Assembly: GCF_006345805.1 (NCBI RefSeq)
Contig: NC_043003.1
Coordinates: forward strand, 97,898,001 to 97,962,000
Direction: 5' to 3'
Length of the DNA: 64,000 nt
DNA from: Octopus sinensis
Lineage: Eukaryota
Positions 27,121 to 42,182 of the stretch are shown here, piece by piece. The translations under genes and the position numbers were made by a program. Below the pieces are notes generated by a model. That model was not told where the DNA came from and did no database searches. It was given only the letters and a program-made list of their open reading frames with translations. Each line of letters begins with the position of its first letter. Position 1 is the first letter of the stretch.

Positions 27121-27590
27121 GTCAGGTCACTTTCGAGTGCTATTGGTAACATGTAACCCAGTACAATCTGTTGCATGGTCGGGCCGTCGGCGACTAAACC
27201 AGCAACCCCATCAAGCTCGCTTGGTGAGGAGGGTGTTTACTGGACACCCTGCAGGATGAAAAACAAAACCCGTCAAAGGGCGGAGGAACTCTTGAGAGTC
27301 AACGGCCATCCAATAAATGTCTTAAGGCTGTATCATGCGCTGGGACATAGAGATAATCGGACTGAATACCCGATCGCGCTGTTAAACTATTGGGAGTGAA
27401 GGACTCCTAGCCTTTGTTAGGGCATCCTTCTAGGAGAAGGTAACTCAGGTAACTGGGATAACTTCGACATAAAACCTGCGGCTCAGTGGTTACCGATGAT
27501 GTTGACTTGTTCTTCTTTTCGGATTAAGGCTGCTGTTGCTTAGTGAGTGGGATTGACTTAGTGCACGGCCTTTACTCACTTAAAAAAATC
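27121..27590 (+). mobile_element. RTE-like LINE 5' UTR fragment
   Basis: GC-richer island containing ggcatccttctaggagaaggtaactc, resembling RTE 5' UTR motifs as recalled; no ORF. Confidence 0.4.
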
Positions 27591-28110
27591 TTCTTGAGCA
27601 GGTATTGCATGATAACAACATTGTCCATGATTGTTGATGGTGCTGTGAGTTTCAACTGAATGGCTGGCTGTAGCCTTAAAAAGCAAATAAAAGTCACATT
27701 CGATCACAGCACCAATAACAGTTAAGCTTCGTGCAATGGCCAAACTCGATAACGAGGGGGCAACCATCATGCGTGTGTGTGTGTGCTTGTAGATATATGC
27801 ATGTTTATACGTATGAATGAATTACTTACTGATGTGAAAATAATTTAATGCAAATTTACAATTCATTCAAGACCGGGACTTCATACCATACGCCATACTG
27901 CACAAATCAGGCTCACGAACACAACCGAATTGTAGCAAACCACCTATCGAACAAACCACCTATACCATGATACATGTCCTAAACTCATGGGAAATCTATT
28001 TCCAGAAGCGGGCTTCATAAGATATGGTTCCTCTTTAAGATGGGTCGCTCTACTGAAATAAAAAAAACATCCTAGGTAATTTTTCGTTAGGCGTGCCATT
28101 CATAAGGACC

Positions 28111-28304
28111 TGCAGGAGTAGCTATGTGTTAAGAAACTTGGATCTCATCCACATGGTTCCGGGTTCAGTTCCACTGCATAGAACATTGGGCATGTGTAGT
28201 CTACCATAGCTTCGGGCTGACCAAAACCTTATGAATGGATTTGGTAGACGGAATCTGGAAGAAGCCTGTAGTATATATATAAGTATATCTGTGTCTGTCT
28301 GTCA

Positions 28305-28381
<77 letters not shown>

Positions 28382-28434
28382 AATCTATATCTATCTATTC
28401 TATCTATCTGTCTGTCTGTCTGTCGTCCTGTCTG

Positions 28435-28495
<61 letters not shown>

Positions 28496-28762
28496 ATATA
28501 TATATATAAATGTTTATATGAGTGTGTGTATGTGTGTGTGTGTATTTGTCTGTGTGCCTTTGTATCTGTGTTTGTCCTCCAGCACCGCCTGGTGTGTTTA
28601 CGTCTCCGTAACAAGCGGTTCGGCAAAAGGATTCGATAGATTAAGTACCAGACTTAAAAAAAATAAGAACTGGTTTCGATGGATTCGACCAAAAATTCTT
28701 CAAGGCGGTTACCCACCATGGCCGCAGTCTAATGACTGACACAAGTGGAAGAAGGTAAAAGA
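28111..28762 (+). mobile_element. SINE family A with expanded internal (TCTA)n
   Basis: Head, body and tail recognisable; internal microsatellite about 250 bp. Confidence 0.8.
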
Positions 28763-28925
28763 TATATATTTATATGTACAACTTCATATTTAAAGTGCTG
28801 ATGAAACTGTAAAGTGTTACTCAGGCACTCAAGTATGAGTCCACCACTTCTGAAAGCGGAAACCGCTGTAAGCCAATGAAGTTCATAAGATAATGCTTTT
28901 TCTTCTTCTTTAGTTATCTCAATTC

Positions 28926-28995
<70 letters not shown>

Positions 28996-28996
28996 T

Positions 28997-29050
<54 letters not shown>

Positions 29051-29389
29051 ATACATATATATATGTGTGTATGAATGTGTGTGTATGTGTGGTATGTGTG
29101 TGTATGTGTGTGTGTGTATGTATAATTATGAGTATATATGTGAATATACATATTCATAAATATGCAGTGCTCAGTTCTTGATAAAACTTTCAAAATATCA
29201 AAAAATTTTTTTCGCGCTGTATACATCAGTAAGCAGAACGTGGCACACACCAGCCACACACACACGCACACACACACTTGCACACGCATACTTACGACAC
29301 ATACATACGAGCACATTATATGTGTGAGAGATCGTATGTGCGAGCACGCTCTTTGTGAATGTGTGTATATGACTGTGTGTGAAAACCAA

Positions 29390-29407
29390 TTTAATTATAT
29401 ATATATA

Positions 29408-29450
<43 letters not shown>

Positions 29451-29480
29451 TGTATGTATCTCTCTATGTATATATATATA

Positions 29481-29512
<32 letters not shown>

Positions 29513-30043
29513 CTATATATATATATATCATGCGTATGTATGTGCTTGCATGTGTATATATTCGTCGATTGCAACAACTAAAAAGTAAAAGAAAAACTAT
29601 ATAGAAGTATACATACATACATATGTATGAAGGTGTGTGCGCGTGAATGTATGCATATACGTCTGTATATCTATATATGTATATATCTATATATGTATAT
29701 ATATGTATATACATATATACTCACACACATTCACTGACATACGTGTTTACTTATATGTATATATATAGGTGTATATATGTTCTATATATATATATATATA
29801 TATGAATATGTATATGTATGTATGTATGTATATATGTATGTATGTATGTAGTATATATATATCTATATATATACATATACATATACATATCCCTATATAT
29901 ATATATATGATATATATATATTATATATATATATATATATCTATATATATATTATATATATACATATACATATACATATACATATATATATATATATATA
30001 TATATCTATATACATATATATATATATATATATATCTAATATA

Positions 30044-30079
<36 letters not shown>

Positions 30080-30092
30080 ATATATATAATAT

Positions 30093-30125
<33 letters not shown>
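29390..30125. repeat. Long degenerate (TA)n/(TATG)n tract
   Basis: Directly visible. Confidence 0.95.
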
Positions 30126-30474
30126 GTAGTATGTATATACAGAAACACACATTCAACCCTACATAAATCCCGGAATGTGAATTTTTTGGCAAAGACACGC
30201 AGAATGTCAGAAGAATCGAATTTTCCAGTGTTCGAACCTCTGAGCATTATTGGTTGATTCGCTGTTCCAATGGTAGGATACGTAGCATGGAACTTCCGTA
30301 CATTGTGTTAAGATATATCTCTTCAGGTGAAAATTGTATCTCTCTAACGACTCACCAATACAACAGAATATAAATTAGTACGGATTTGGCGTTCTTGCAA
30401 TTCATTCATTGATTCCACGTCTCTCTGTATACATGTATACATACATACATTATATATATATATATATATATATA

Positions 30475-30516
<42 letters not shown>

Positions 30517-30570
30517 ATATACATACATATATACATATTATAATATACATATATATATATACATATATAC

Positions 30571-30642
<72 letters not shown>

Positions 30643-31280
30643 ACATGTATTATATGTCTATCGTGCATATATGTGTGAATACGTAGGTTGGTGTATTATT
30701 TTGCTGACTTAGTACGTGTTTGTTATGTCTGTGTATGAGTGTGTCTAAGCGTGGATATATAATATATATATAAATATTTATATATGTATATATATATATA
30801 TATATATAATATAATATATATATATATATTTACATGTGTGTGTGCGAGTGTGTTTAAACGTGCCCTATGTTTGTATTAGCATGTGTGTATTTGTGTTTGT
30901 GTCTGACGAGTACATTTGTGTGTGTGAATGTTTTTGCGTGGGCAATTGTGCTTATGTATACGGGATTTCATACCTTTGTAGGTTTGTTTTTCATAGGGAT
31001 ATTTTAATGTAGTGTTTTTTTTTTTGCCTTATGAAGATTTGTGTTTACACACACATACACGCATACACATAGAGAGACATGTACATACATACATACATAC
31101 ATATAAATATATATATATATATATGTATATGCATATAAATACACACACATACAAAAATATATAAGAATAAGTAGATATCCCTATACCATAATTTTTTTAT
31201 GTACTGTATCCACGTAAATACACACACACACATATATATATACATACATACATATATACATACATACATACATACATACA

Positions 31281-31316
<36 letters not shown>

Positions 31317-31478
31317 TCTACATACATACATGCACACATATGTATGTGGATGAATACATGTATGTGTATGTGTATGTACGTATATATATATATATGTATA
31401 TATGTATATACATATATACATGTATAAACATACATACACACATACACACATATATATAAATCCACATACATACATATG

Positions 31479-31532
<54 letters not shown>

Positions 31533-31686
31533 CGTATATAGAAATCACATTCGTGCTTGTTTTTGTGTACGACTATATATATATAATCAGACACAAAAAC
31601 TTACACGAATGTAATTTCTATATACGTATGTATGTTCACTGGTATATATTCATAGAGATGCGCGTGATTTATTTATCTGTCTGTAA

Positions 31687-31796
<110 letters not shown>

Positions 31797-32001
31797 ATCT
31801 ATCTATCTATATCTATCTATCTTTTTAATGTCTTGACTATTTACCTATTATATGCACACATGCATACATGCATACATACGTACATACATAGACGCATACA
31901 TAAATACATAGACAGCATCTGAGTGTAGTGCGTGTATCTATGTGCGTGACTTTATTATATACATATACTCTCACTTATGTACATACATACATACATACAC
32001 G

Positions 32002-32043
<42 letters not shown>

Positions 32044-32192
32044 CACATATATACACGCACTCAATATTTATGTTTGCATATCACCGTATGTTTGTGGTAG
32101 CTATATGTTTATATATATGTACGTGTGTGTGTTTATGTGTGTGTGTTTGTGTGTGTACAAACATACACATATACATATATGTATGCATACAT

Positions 32193-32223
<31 letters not shown>

Positions 32224-32225
32224 TG

Positions 32226-32340
32226 TGGAAGCGGAATGGCCCAGTGATTAATGTAGCTGACTCGCGGTCTTAGGATCGCAGTTTCGATTCCCAGACCGGG
32301 TATTGTGGTGTTTATCGAACAAAAACACCAAGACCTCCAC
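32226..32340 (+). mobile_element. tRNA-like head of a third SINE family
   Basis: A-box-like tggcccagtgattaatg and B-box-like gtttcgattcc at tRNA spacing. Confidence 0.6.
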
Positions 32341-32860
32341 GAGGCTCCGGTAGGGGGTGGTTGTGAACCCTGCTTTACTCTTTCACCAGAACTTTCTTTT
32401 TTTACAGGTTTGTCGCAAGGACTGGACTTATCCTATCTCTTTCTTCTATCTTTTCTCATGTCAAAGAAAATATTTCTCCAGCGACCGCTATTTTACTCTC
32501 GTTCTGGTCTTAGGACCCACCATTTTTGTTTTCGTTCGGTCTCCTTGTATGTCTCCTTGTATGTTTCCTTATATGTCCTGTTTTTGTTTCCAAATTTTAT
32601 TTTAGTACTTATAGGAGCAACTGTCTACGAAGATTCATATTGTCGTTCAATGCTCGAAATGTGGAGTAGATAGACAGCCGACAACTGATGGAGGGTTGTT
32701 CCTTATGTTACTTGTCCTGTTTTCCATTTGTTTCTCTCGGTGTTTGCGTATTGAACTAATTTGTTTTCCGTATTTCATTTTCATGTTTACTCTTGGTGAC
32801 GTCCTGTACCCATATATGCATATGTATCTTATATATATATATATATATTATATATATTAT

Positions 32861-32935
<75 letters not shown>

Positions 32936-32957
32936 CACACACACATACACACATATA

Positions 32958-33215
32958 CACATGTTCTCCTCTCACTTTCTCCTCATCCACCTCCCACCCT
33001 CTTGTACTGTCTTACATTCCTCCCCATCACAACGAGAAACTATGAAATGGTTAAAATCCCCAGCAAAGGAACTTATTTTCATTTGAAAACCCCACTAGAA
33101 TGAGAGAAAGCGCTAATGAACTAAGTGATATGATATATGTAAAAAATGTAATATATAAATAAATATCTGTAATACAAACCATCCGATTTTCTGATTACCT
33201 CATTTCTTCTAATAT
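32958..33215 (+). repeat. Unclassified dispersed repeat (second copy 36812-37085)
   Basis: Shared ~260 bp block ...gaaaaccccactagaatg...cctcatttcttctaatatat. Confidence 0.75.
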
Positions 33216-33226
33216 ATATATATATA

Positions 33227-33268
<42 letters not shown>

Positions 33269-33614
33269 ATATACAGAAAACAACACCCGTCCGTACAGAT
33301 ACACATTCTTAAACAGAAAAGAATATGTGTGTATAGAATTTTCACCTAGCTGATCATCAAGCTACTATCGCAATGACAATCAAGGTGTTGAGAAGATCGA
33401 TTCGAAATTGATCCGTTTAAAATATGTCATGAAAATATTTCCTTGGAATGCCACACATTTCGAAATACATCAATTAATTTTTTTTCTTAATTTGTGTACT
33501 TATTCATTTATTTGATTATTTGTATATGAAAATTGTAAATTTTTTTTTCATATATCAGTTACCAAATTACATTCACAAATAAATGCAGATCTTATCTTTA
33601 TTTTATATATTGAA

Positions 33615-34346
33615 CTAGCTTAAGGTGACCTGCTCTACGCGCGGGTGAGGTTGTGGTTGTTACTTTCTGTTGCTTCCTTTCTGTTTCTTATCACCGCATT
33701 CTCCCTCTTTGTTTCTCTAGCCTTTCTCATTTTCCCACTCTCTTACTCTTCCTTTCTCTCGGACTTTCCCTCGCTTTCTCTTACTCATTATCTTTCTCTA
33801 TCTATCTATCTCTCTGCCATTTATAAAAAAAATTAGATTTCCACGTTTAAATTACAAATCCACTTCCACTTTACCATGTTGAAAATTTGATTGAAATCGG
33901 GCAAAAGGTGTCCGATCTAGACCACCAAGTGTCCCCCCAAATCAATAAAATCCCAGTTTTCACACCAAAGCAACCACTGTAGCGCCACAAAAGTCTCCCA
34001 ATCAATTTCCCCCCTCAAGTTACCCCTCTTGTAAATTTGAATCCCCTTCCAGCCCCATTTAGACCCCTTTTTACTTAAAAATCCAATTTGTGTTTACGTT
34101 TGCCTTCTTCATTTTATAGATAAAATTAGATGCTAATCGCGCCAATCTGGAGGGCTTAGAGCCCCCTTGAATCTTCTCACCATAGCAACCGCATCTTTCC
34201 AGATGGTGAGTTTTAATCTACTCAACTCGCCTTCTATGCCTATGTCAATTTTCAGCTCGATCTGACCACTGGTGTGACCTCCAACCTCTGACGTAGCAAA
34301 ACGTGCACACAATTTTGACCCAAAGCCTCTTTTATATATATATAGA
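33615..34346 (-). mobile_element. Non-autonomous Helitron
   Basis: Minus strand begins TC(TATATATATATAAAA) at 34346 and ends cccgcgcgtagagcaggtcaccttaag CTAG followed by T. Confidence 0.8.
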
Positions 34347-34835
34347 TAGCAGAGAAACCCGGTCTTGCTCGGGATTAAAATAGTTTATCATTGTTTTATT
34401 TGTTTCGGTATTATAACTCGATTTTGCCCTAGAGGCCACACCTTTCAAGTGAGCAAACTCAAAGTTGCCATGCAAACTCGCCAGAACTTTTAACATAGGT
34501 GTGCAAATTTTCAGCTGAATCTTACCATATTTACTAACACGTTTGCCTGAATAACTGCTTGTGAGGCAACGTCTGCCCTTTTCACAAATATGTAGTAGAC
34601 CTACAGAGATACCCGACCTTACGTGGGATTAAAATGGCATAGTTCTTCATTGCTTTACTTGTTTGGTTAATATAAGCCGATTTCATTCGGGTGTAATCGG
34701 GCCACATTTTAAAAGATGAGAAATTTTGTCCTCGAGGTCACGCCTTTCATTTGAGGAAAAAAATAGTCGCTATGCAAACTCGCCAGCACATTTAACACAG
34801 GTGTGCGTATTTTCTGCTCAACCGACCACATAATG
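34347..34835 (-). mobile_element. Two tandem Helitron 3'-end units
   Basis: Two diverged ~250-bp units, each ending on the minus strand in a cccgagcaagaccggg-type hairpin; the first is joined head-to-tail to the 33615-34346 element. Confidence 0.7.
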
Positions 34836-35531
34836 CACACATAATATATATATATATATATATGTACATATATACGCATTATATATATGTGTGTGTGTGT
34901 TTGTGTGTGTTTGTGTGTGTGTGTGTGTACGCATTATATATACAAATGTATACAAATTAGATATATATTATATAAATACAGATATATACACTTTGTATAT
35001 ATACATTATATATACATATTTATATATAGATACAGACACACACACAAGCACATGCAAATTAACCCAATAAATATCTGATTCACAATATTTGTTCTCATGA
35101 TTGTGTGGTGGTGGTGGCGATAATAAAATTCCCTATGAATGAAGACAGACGTACGGAGAGAGGGAGAGAGAGGGAGGCGGTGGAGAAAAGAGTGACGGCG
35201 ATGGCGAAGGCGGCGGGGGAAAGATATTAGTAGCTGTTAAACGTCGTTATAGAGAGAAAGTGATGGGAAGAGAGGAAACAGAGAGAGGCAGAGGAAGACA
35301 GGCAGATAAGAGAATGAGAGAAGTCTTGTCAAAGTGTGCGTTTTTGCCCTAGTAACCACACCCATTAAGATAGGGATTTCTAACGTAGCCCACTCACATC
35401 CTCACCTCATTTTACATGTCCCTGTAAATTTTGGAGTCAATCCGACGGGATTTAGTGCCCTTTAACCCGTTCCAATGCCAAAACCAGACAAACAAACAAA
35501 CTTTCTCATTTCAGATTTATAGATATTGATA

Positions 35532-35712
<181 letters not shown>

Positions 35713-36298
35713 AGGTATAGATATATGTGTGCATGTATGTATTTTTATATATGCATATTATACATATGTATATGCATATATGTATATTCATATATATATA
35801 CGTACAGGTGTATACATACATACATACATACATACATACATACATACATACATACATACATACATACATACATCTCCCTGCACTCCACAATGTGTTGCCG
35901 CAGCCGCCTTGCCCCCTGTTTAACTATGAATGTTTCTTTTGCAGAGCCCGCCGCATCCAGTTTTCGCATGCATAGGTAGGCAAGCCCTAATATGTTAATC
36001 CATTAGTGGGACCCTGACATGTGCTACTACGCTGACGCAAGGATCTTGAAATGTGCTACTATTTTGAGCTGGGAACAGTAGTGACTAAGAGGTGGTTCCA
36101 AACTCTTCAAAAGCCTGGAACTCCCGAACCAGAGTCTCACTATCGGTTGCAGTTCAAAGATACAGGCAATATCTCAGGGCGTACTGCAAAGCAGTGATTT
36201 GTGATAGTAAAATCATTTGTAAGGCTATTGGCAGGTTTGAATGTATGATTTGGACAAATCATTGAAGGACATCATACATTGAAGGACAAATTTACAAT

Positions 36299-36366
<68 letters not shown>

Positions 36367-36546
36367 CACGTGTATATATATAGTGGTATAAATATCAACA
36401 CAATTATTTCTCCTTTTTTTTCCTCTCCTTTCTTCCATTCTCCAAACTCACAGACACCCCCACGCACACACACACACATCCACAAAACAATAATAAAAAG
36501 AATTCTTCTTCTCTAAACCCAAAAAACCATTTGACCAGCCCTCATT

Positions 36547-36581
<35 letters not shown>

Positions 36582-36767
36582 CTCTCTCTCACAAAGATAA
36601 AAAGGAACTATAATTTATGGTCTAACTCCCCGCCCCCACACACTCAATAACACTATGAAATGGTCAAAACTGAAATTCTTAGACCCCCAGCAGAGCAAAT
36701 AAAATTATTTTCTTCTTCTTCCCTCTCCCTTCCACTCTTTTTCTTTAGCACTCGTTCCAAATACAAA

Positions 36768-36817
<50 letters not shown>

Positions 36818-37096
36818 CTCTCTCTCTCTCTCTCTCACTTTCTCCTCATCCATCACCCTCTTGCACTGTCTTATATTCCTCCCCACCACTACACACCCAA
36901 TAACACTATAAAATGGTCAAAGCTTTTCACACAGGAACTTAGTTTGATTTGAAAACCCCACTAGAATGGGAGAAAGCGCTAATATATGATCTAAGTTATA
37001 TGATGTCTAAAAACATGTAATATACAAATAAATATCTGTAAATATAAAACCATCCGATTTTCTGAGTACCTCATTTCTTCTAATATATATATATAT

Positions 37097-38280
37097 GTAA
37101 TATAATATGTGGCAATTATTCGGTTGCTATAACAAAACTCCGAGTTTCCAATGTCGGGGAGGAAACCTGCACCGGCATCTCTTCAGTTATCGAGGCAATC
37201 AAAATATGCTACGAAAATGACTGTTAAGCAAAGAGAAATTACTATGTAATTGACCGTTATTAAGACAAAAGAGCTATTAGAATGACCGTTAAATAAGAAA
37301 AAACCCCGAAGGGGAGGAAGTAAAAAGTAAAGGAGTAAAAATGGTCATAGCAATCGCGTATGCGCACATGTACGTACATACACATGTGCGCAAGAACCTC
37401 GACGTACATGTGCTTTTCTGCATATGCTCACTCACACTCGCATGAAACATACACATGCGCACCCACACATACGCCAATAGATGCACATATAATTGCAACC
37501 ATGCATGTACACGTATACATATCCAAACACACGCGCACATACACACACACGTGCACATACCCACATGCGCACAGTTATATTCAAATACACGTCTAAAAAT
37601 ACGCACATGCTATATGCTCACTCACACTCGCGTGGAACACATGCATGTACACCCACATATGCAACCATACACATGTACATATACATATATACATACCCGC
37701 ACATACGCACAAACGAGCGCACGATGTACACATATTTGCAACTATACACATGTACATATCTACGTACATATATACGTGTGTGTGTGTGTGCATGTGTGCG
37801 GGTATGTATATATGTACATATGTACATGTGTATGGTTGCATATATACGTGGGTGTACATGCGAGTGTTCCACGCGAGTGTGAGTGAGCATATGCATATAA
37901 GCACATGTACGTGGGTGTGCGTGCTCGCATGCATATGTATGTACTTGCGCGCATACGCGATTGCTATGAGCATTTTTACTACCTTACTTTTTACTTCCTC
38001 CGTTTTTTCCCTTATTCAACGGTCATTCTAATAGCGCTTTTGTCTTATTAACGGTCAATTACATAGTAATTACCATTTGTTTAACGGCCATTTTCATAGC
38101 ATATTTTGATGACCTCGATAACTGAAGAGATGCCGGTGCAGGTTTTCTCCCCGACATTGGAAACTCGGAGTTTTACTATGGCAACCGAATAATTGTCACA
38201 TATTATATTACAGATAAATGTCTCTATTTACATAATATCGAGGTTGTTTTCATTCTTTTGTTGTCTTACCCATACAATTA
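37097..38280 (+). mobile_element. ~1.1 kb fold-back element with two inverted hammerhead motifs and a one-sided tail
   Basis: 37097 onward is the reverse complement of 38211 backward over several hundred bp; CTGAAGA...GAAAC TCGGA GTT at 38117-38177 (+) and 37131-37191 (-); both ends meet (TA)n. Confidence 0.85.
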
Positions 38281-39139
38281 ATATATATATATATACACAC
38301 ACATATTTACATACACACATATGTAAATATATATACATATAAATATTTGCATATCTGTATATCTATCTATCTATCTATTTATCTATCTATATGTGTGTGT
38401 GTGCATTTATGTGTATATATATATATATATATATATTATATAGATATATATATATATATAAGTCTTCGTCTGTATGTGTATGTATGTGAACGCCCCTGTG
38501 CGTGTGTATGTGTGTGCGTGTGTCTGTGCGTGTGTCCGTGCACGCGTGTTTGAGCGTATGTGTATGTGTGCTTGTGCGTGTGCGATTTCGCGCGTGTTTG
38601 TGATAGGCAATTCTTTTCATACTTTCACTGATGCACGGATCTGCATGAACATATCTGGTTTTAGCATTTGTAGAGAGATTCCTTTATATAGCCGCACATT
38701 AAGTAGAAAGAGTTATCTGGGAATTTATGAGAATATATACTGCTTGTGAGAGATTCTCCGTTATAGGGAATTCCATTTTCTAACCCATTTAGCAGCTCTA
38801 TTATTACGGGCACTTTTCTTGTTTACATGCCCTATATTTTCAATATTTCTATCTCTAGTTCTTAATATTTGGATAACTTTTCAAGTGTCTCTAATTGAAA
38901 CGTATCTGCCCGTTGGGTATATCAGTTAGCGTGTAAATCATAGCTTAAAAGTATTTGGTAACTGTGTCAGGCGGGTTCGAATCTATATTTGGTATATTGT
39001 TTGAAAAAACAACCCCCTGAGGCGATATTTGCTATCTAGAATATAGGAATTCGGGCATAGAGGATTGACAGAATTATTAAGGGCGCTAGAAAACATACCT
39101 TGTATCGTTTATTCCGTCTCTTTACCTCCTTTCCAACGC

Positions 39140-39250
39140 TATGACTCCCGGCCCAGTCCCACTGCGTGGCACCTTGAGCAAGTGTCTTCTGCTATATCTA
39201 CCGGACCGACCACAGCCTTGAGAGTTGAGTTGTTAGACAGAAACTGAAAG
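39140..39250 (+). mobile_element. SINE family A 5' fragment
   Basis: cagtcccactgcgtggcaccttgagcaagtgtcttct...gacagaaactgaaaga. Confidence 0.7.
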
Positions 39251-39279
39251 AAACTCGAAGTGTAAATATTATTTTATTC

Positions 39280-39790
39280 TTTTACTGGTTTCAGTCATTT
39301 GATTGCGGCCATGCTGGAGCACTGCCCTAAAAGTCAGCTTTTCAGAAGAAGAAATCGAACCCCGGGACTTATTCTTTGTAAGCCTAGTACTTATTTTATT
39401 GAACTCTTTTGCTGAACCACTAGGTTACGGGGACGTAAACACACCAACATCGGTTGTCAAGCGATGGTGATGGGGACAAACACTGACACAAAGACAGACA
39501 CACATAAATACACACACATACACACGCACACACGCACACACGCACGCACGCACACACGCACGCACGCACACACGCACGCACGCGCACAGGCACACACACT
39601 CATATACACACACACATACACACACATACGACTGGCTTCTTTTAAGTTTTCGTCTACCAAATCCACTCATAAACCTTTGCGCGGCCCGAGGCTATAGTAA
39701 ATACTTGCTCAAGGTGGTATGCATTGGAACTAAATTGGAGTATGTGGTCGGGAAGCAAGTTTCTTACCACACTGCATGACAGCGCCTCAT
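39280..39790 (-). mobile_element. SINE family A, diverged
   Basis: Reverse copy with internal (CA/CG)n. Confidence 0.8.
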
Positions 39791-39794
39791 ATAT

Positions 39795-40447
<653 letters not shown>

Positions 40448-41620
40448 TAAATAAATAAATAAAATTTTTTGATCAGTTGGACATATTAATATAATTTTAC
40501 TCAAATGCTTTAATAGAGCAAGAATATATATATACGTCTTTGTGCGTGTGTGTATGCATATAGAAATGTGTGTGTATATATGTATGTGTAGGGTGGGTTT
40601 TGTTCACAGCTTGTTAACTGGTGTTTGTTTGTTTACGTCCTCGTAATTCAGTGGTTATGCAAAAAGAAACCGGTAGAATATTTACCAAATTTAGAAAAAT
40701 AAGTCCTGAGGTAGATTTATGCAAGCAATCCCTTGAAGTTAGCTTGGTCGAAATCCAATGGCTGAAATAGTTAAAAGATATAAACTTCGCTTGCTTCTGT
40801 CTTTCGGAATATCTAAAAAATAATATATCAGTCAAATATTGGAATTGGTGAAATCTGCTATTCCTGCACTCGAAGTTTCAGGCCTTGTGTCTATATAAGA
40901 AATTGTATCAAATATTTCTAGATTTCTACTTTTAATTTTATGAACCCATATACTGTAAATGTTCCATATTTTCTTCTTATTATAATCGAGCAGACCTATG
41001 ATCATAAACTTCCCAGCCTTGCCCACTCCGTCTTTTTAGTATATTTGTCTGCAACCCTCATGACTGGTTGCAGACAAATTTTTCTGCTCTTAAAGGGTTT
41101 TATCCTATATATACTGCGCTATCAGTATTTATGCCTTAAAAAAATTAAAGCTTTAAACTTTCATTATTTAATATGACAGGATGTGATCTGAAAAAAGCTG
41201 ACTGCCTTTCTGGCAAATCGAGAGACGTGATAGACACGAGAGCCTCTCCGTAGATCTCAATTCGGCTAATTTTTCTACTGTTGTCACTCTGAATTGGGTC
41301 ATCCAGTCCAGTTCTCTGCACTATAAACATCCAAGTCAGGCTCATCTCTACTTCCGTTATCCAGGTCAAATTCATCTACACTAGTATCATCCAGATGAAG
41401 GTCATCTATGTTAGGGCCATGTCGGTTAAGGTCATCTTGTTTAGAGTCTGTTTGTATGTAGATCATTGAGCAATGGCTATTACTTGTTCTTTAACCACTA
41501 CTTTGGACTTTATAGGCATATATCACCCAATCAAATTTAATTGCTTATTTGTTGAACTGTATTACATCATATCATAGTGTATTACATGTGCCATCGGAAT
41601 TTTTGTGTTAGTATGATCAC

Positions 41621-41661
41621 AACTGTTAACGAACGGTAACGTGAAACTCTGAGTTACAGTT
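41621..41661 (+). ncRNA. Hammerhead relic (stems perfect, core mutated)
   Basis: AACTGT taacga ACG GTAA CGT GAAA C TCTGA G TT ACAGTT. Confidence 0.5.
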
Positions 41662-41787
41662 TGTGAAAAATTTTCGCCTTTAATAAAGAGCTTACTACCT
41701 TACTTGTGGTATGCGAGTACTATCATTTCCGCCCTCTGCCCTTGTTTTGCATTTAGGTTTTTGCTTGTGTAAGTATATGTATACTTA

Positions 41788-41910
<123 letters not shown>

Positions 41911-41933
41911 TTTTCTATCTGTCTATCTATCTA

Positions 41934-41968
<35 letters not shown>

Positions 41969-42182
41969 GACGGCCTGTCTGTTTGTGTATGTATGTATCT
42001 ATCTGCCTGTCCGTCTATCTATATGCGCGCACACGTGTTTGTGTAATCTCGTTAGGCGTCTAGAAGCCCGACAAAATAGGTTCATTCTACGGAGTCTAAC
42101 AAACTGTAACTGAACTATCTACGTAACTTCTGCCAAATGTGCTGAGTCCACACTTTTCATTTGTCACTATATACATATCATA

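Noticed and set aside
27181-27310. GGCCGTCG/CAACGGCC pairing as a possible HDV-like ribozyme P1 in the RTE-like 5'UTR
   Set aside because: P1.1, P3/L3 and J4/2 elements could not be placed by eye; needs a descriptor search.
28790-28885. CTGATGA followed later by GAAAC-CGCT-GTA
   Set aside because: Neither stem I nor stem II can be closed convincingly, so it is not counted as a hammerhead.
38620-38960. Possible Penelope GIY-YIG coding remnant
   Set aside because: No GIY/YIG or CxxC pattern could be assembled in any frame.
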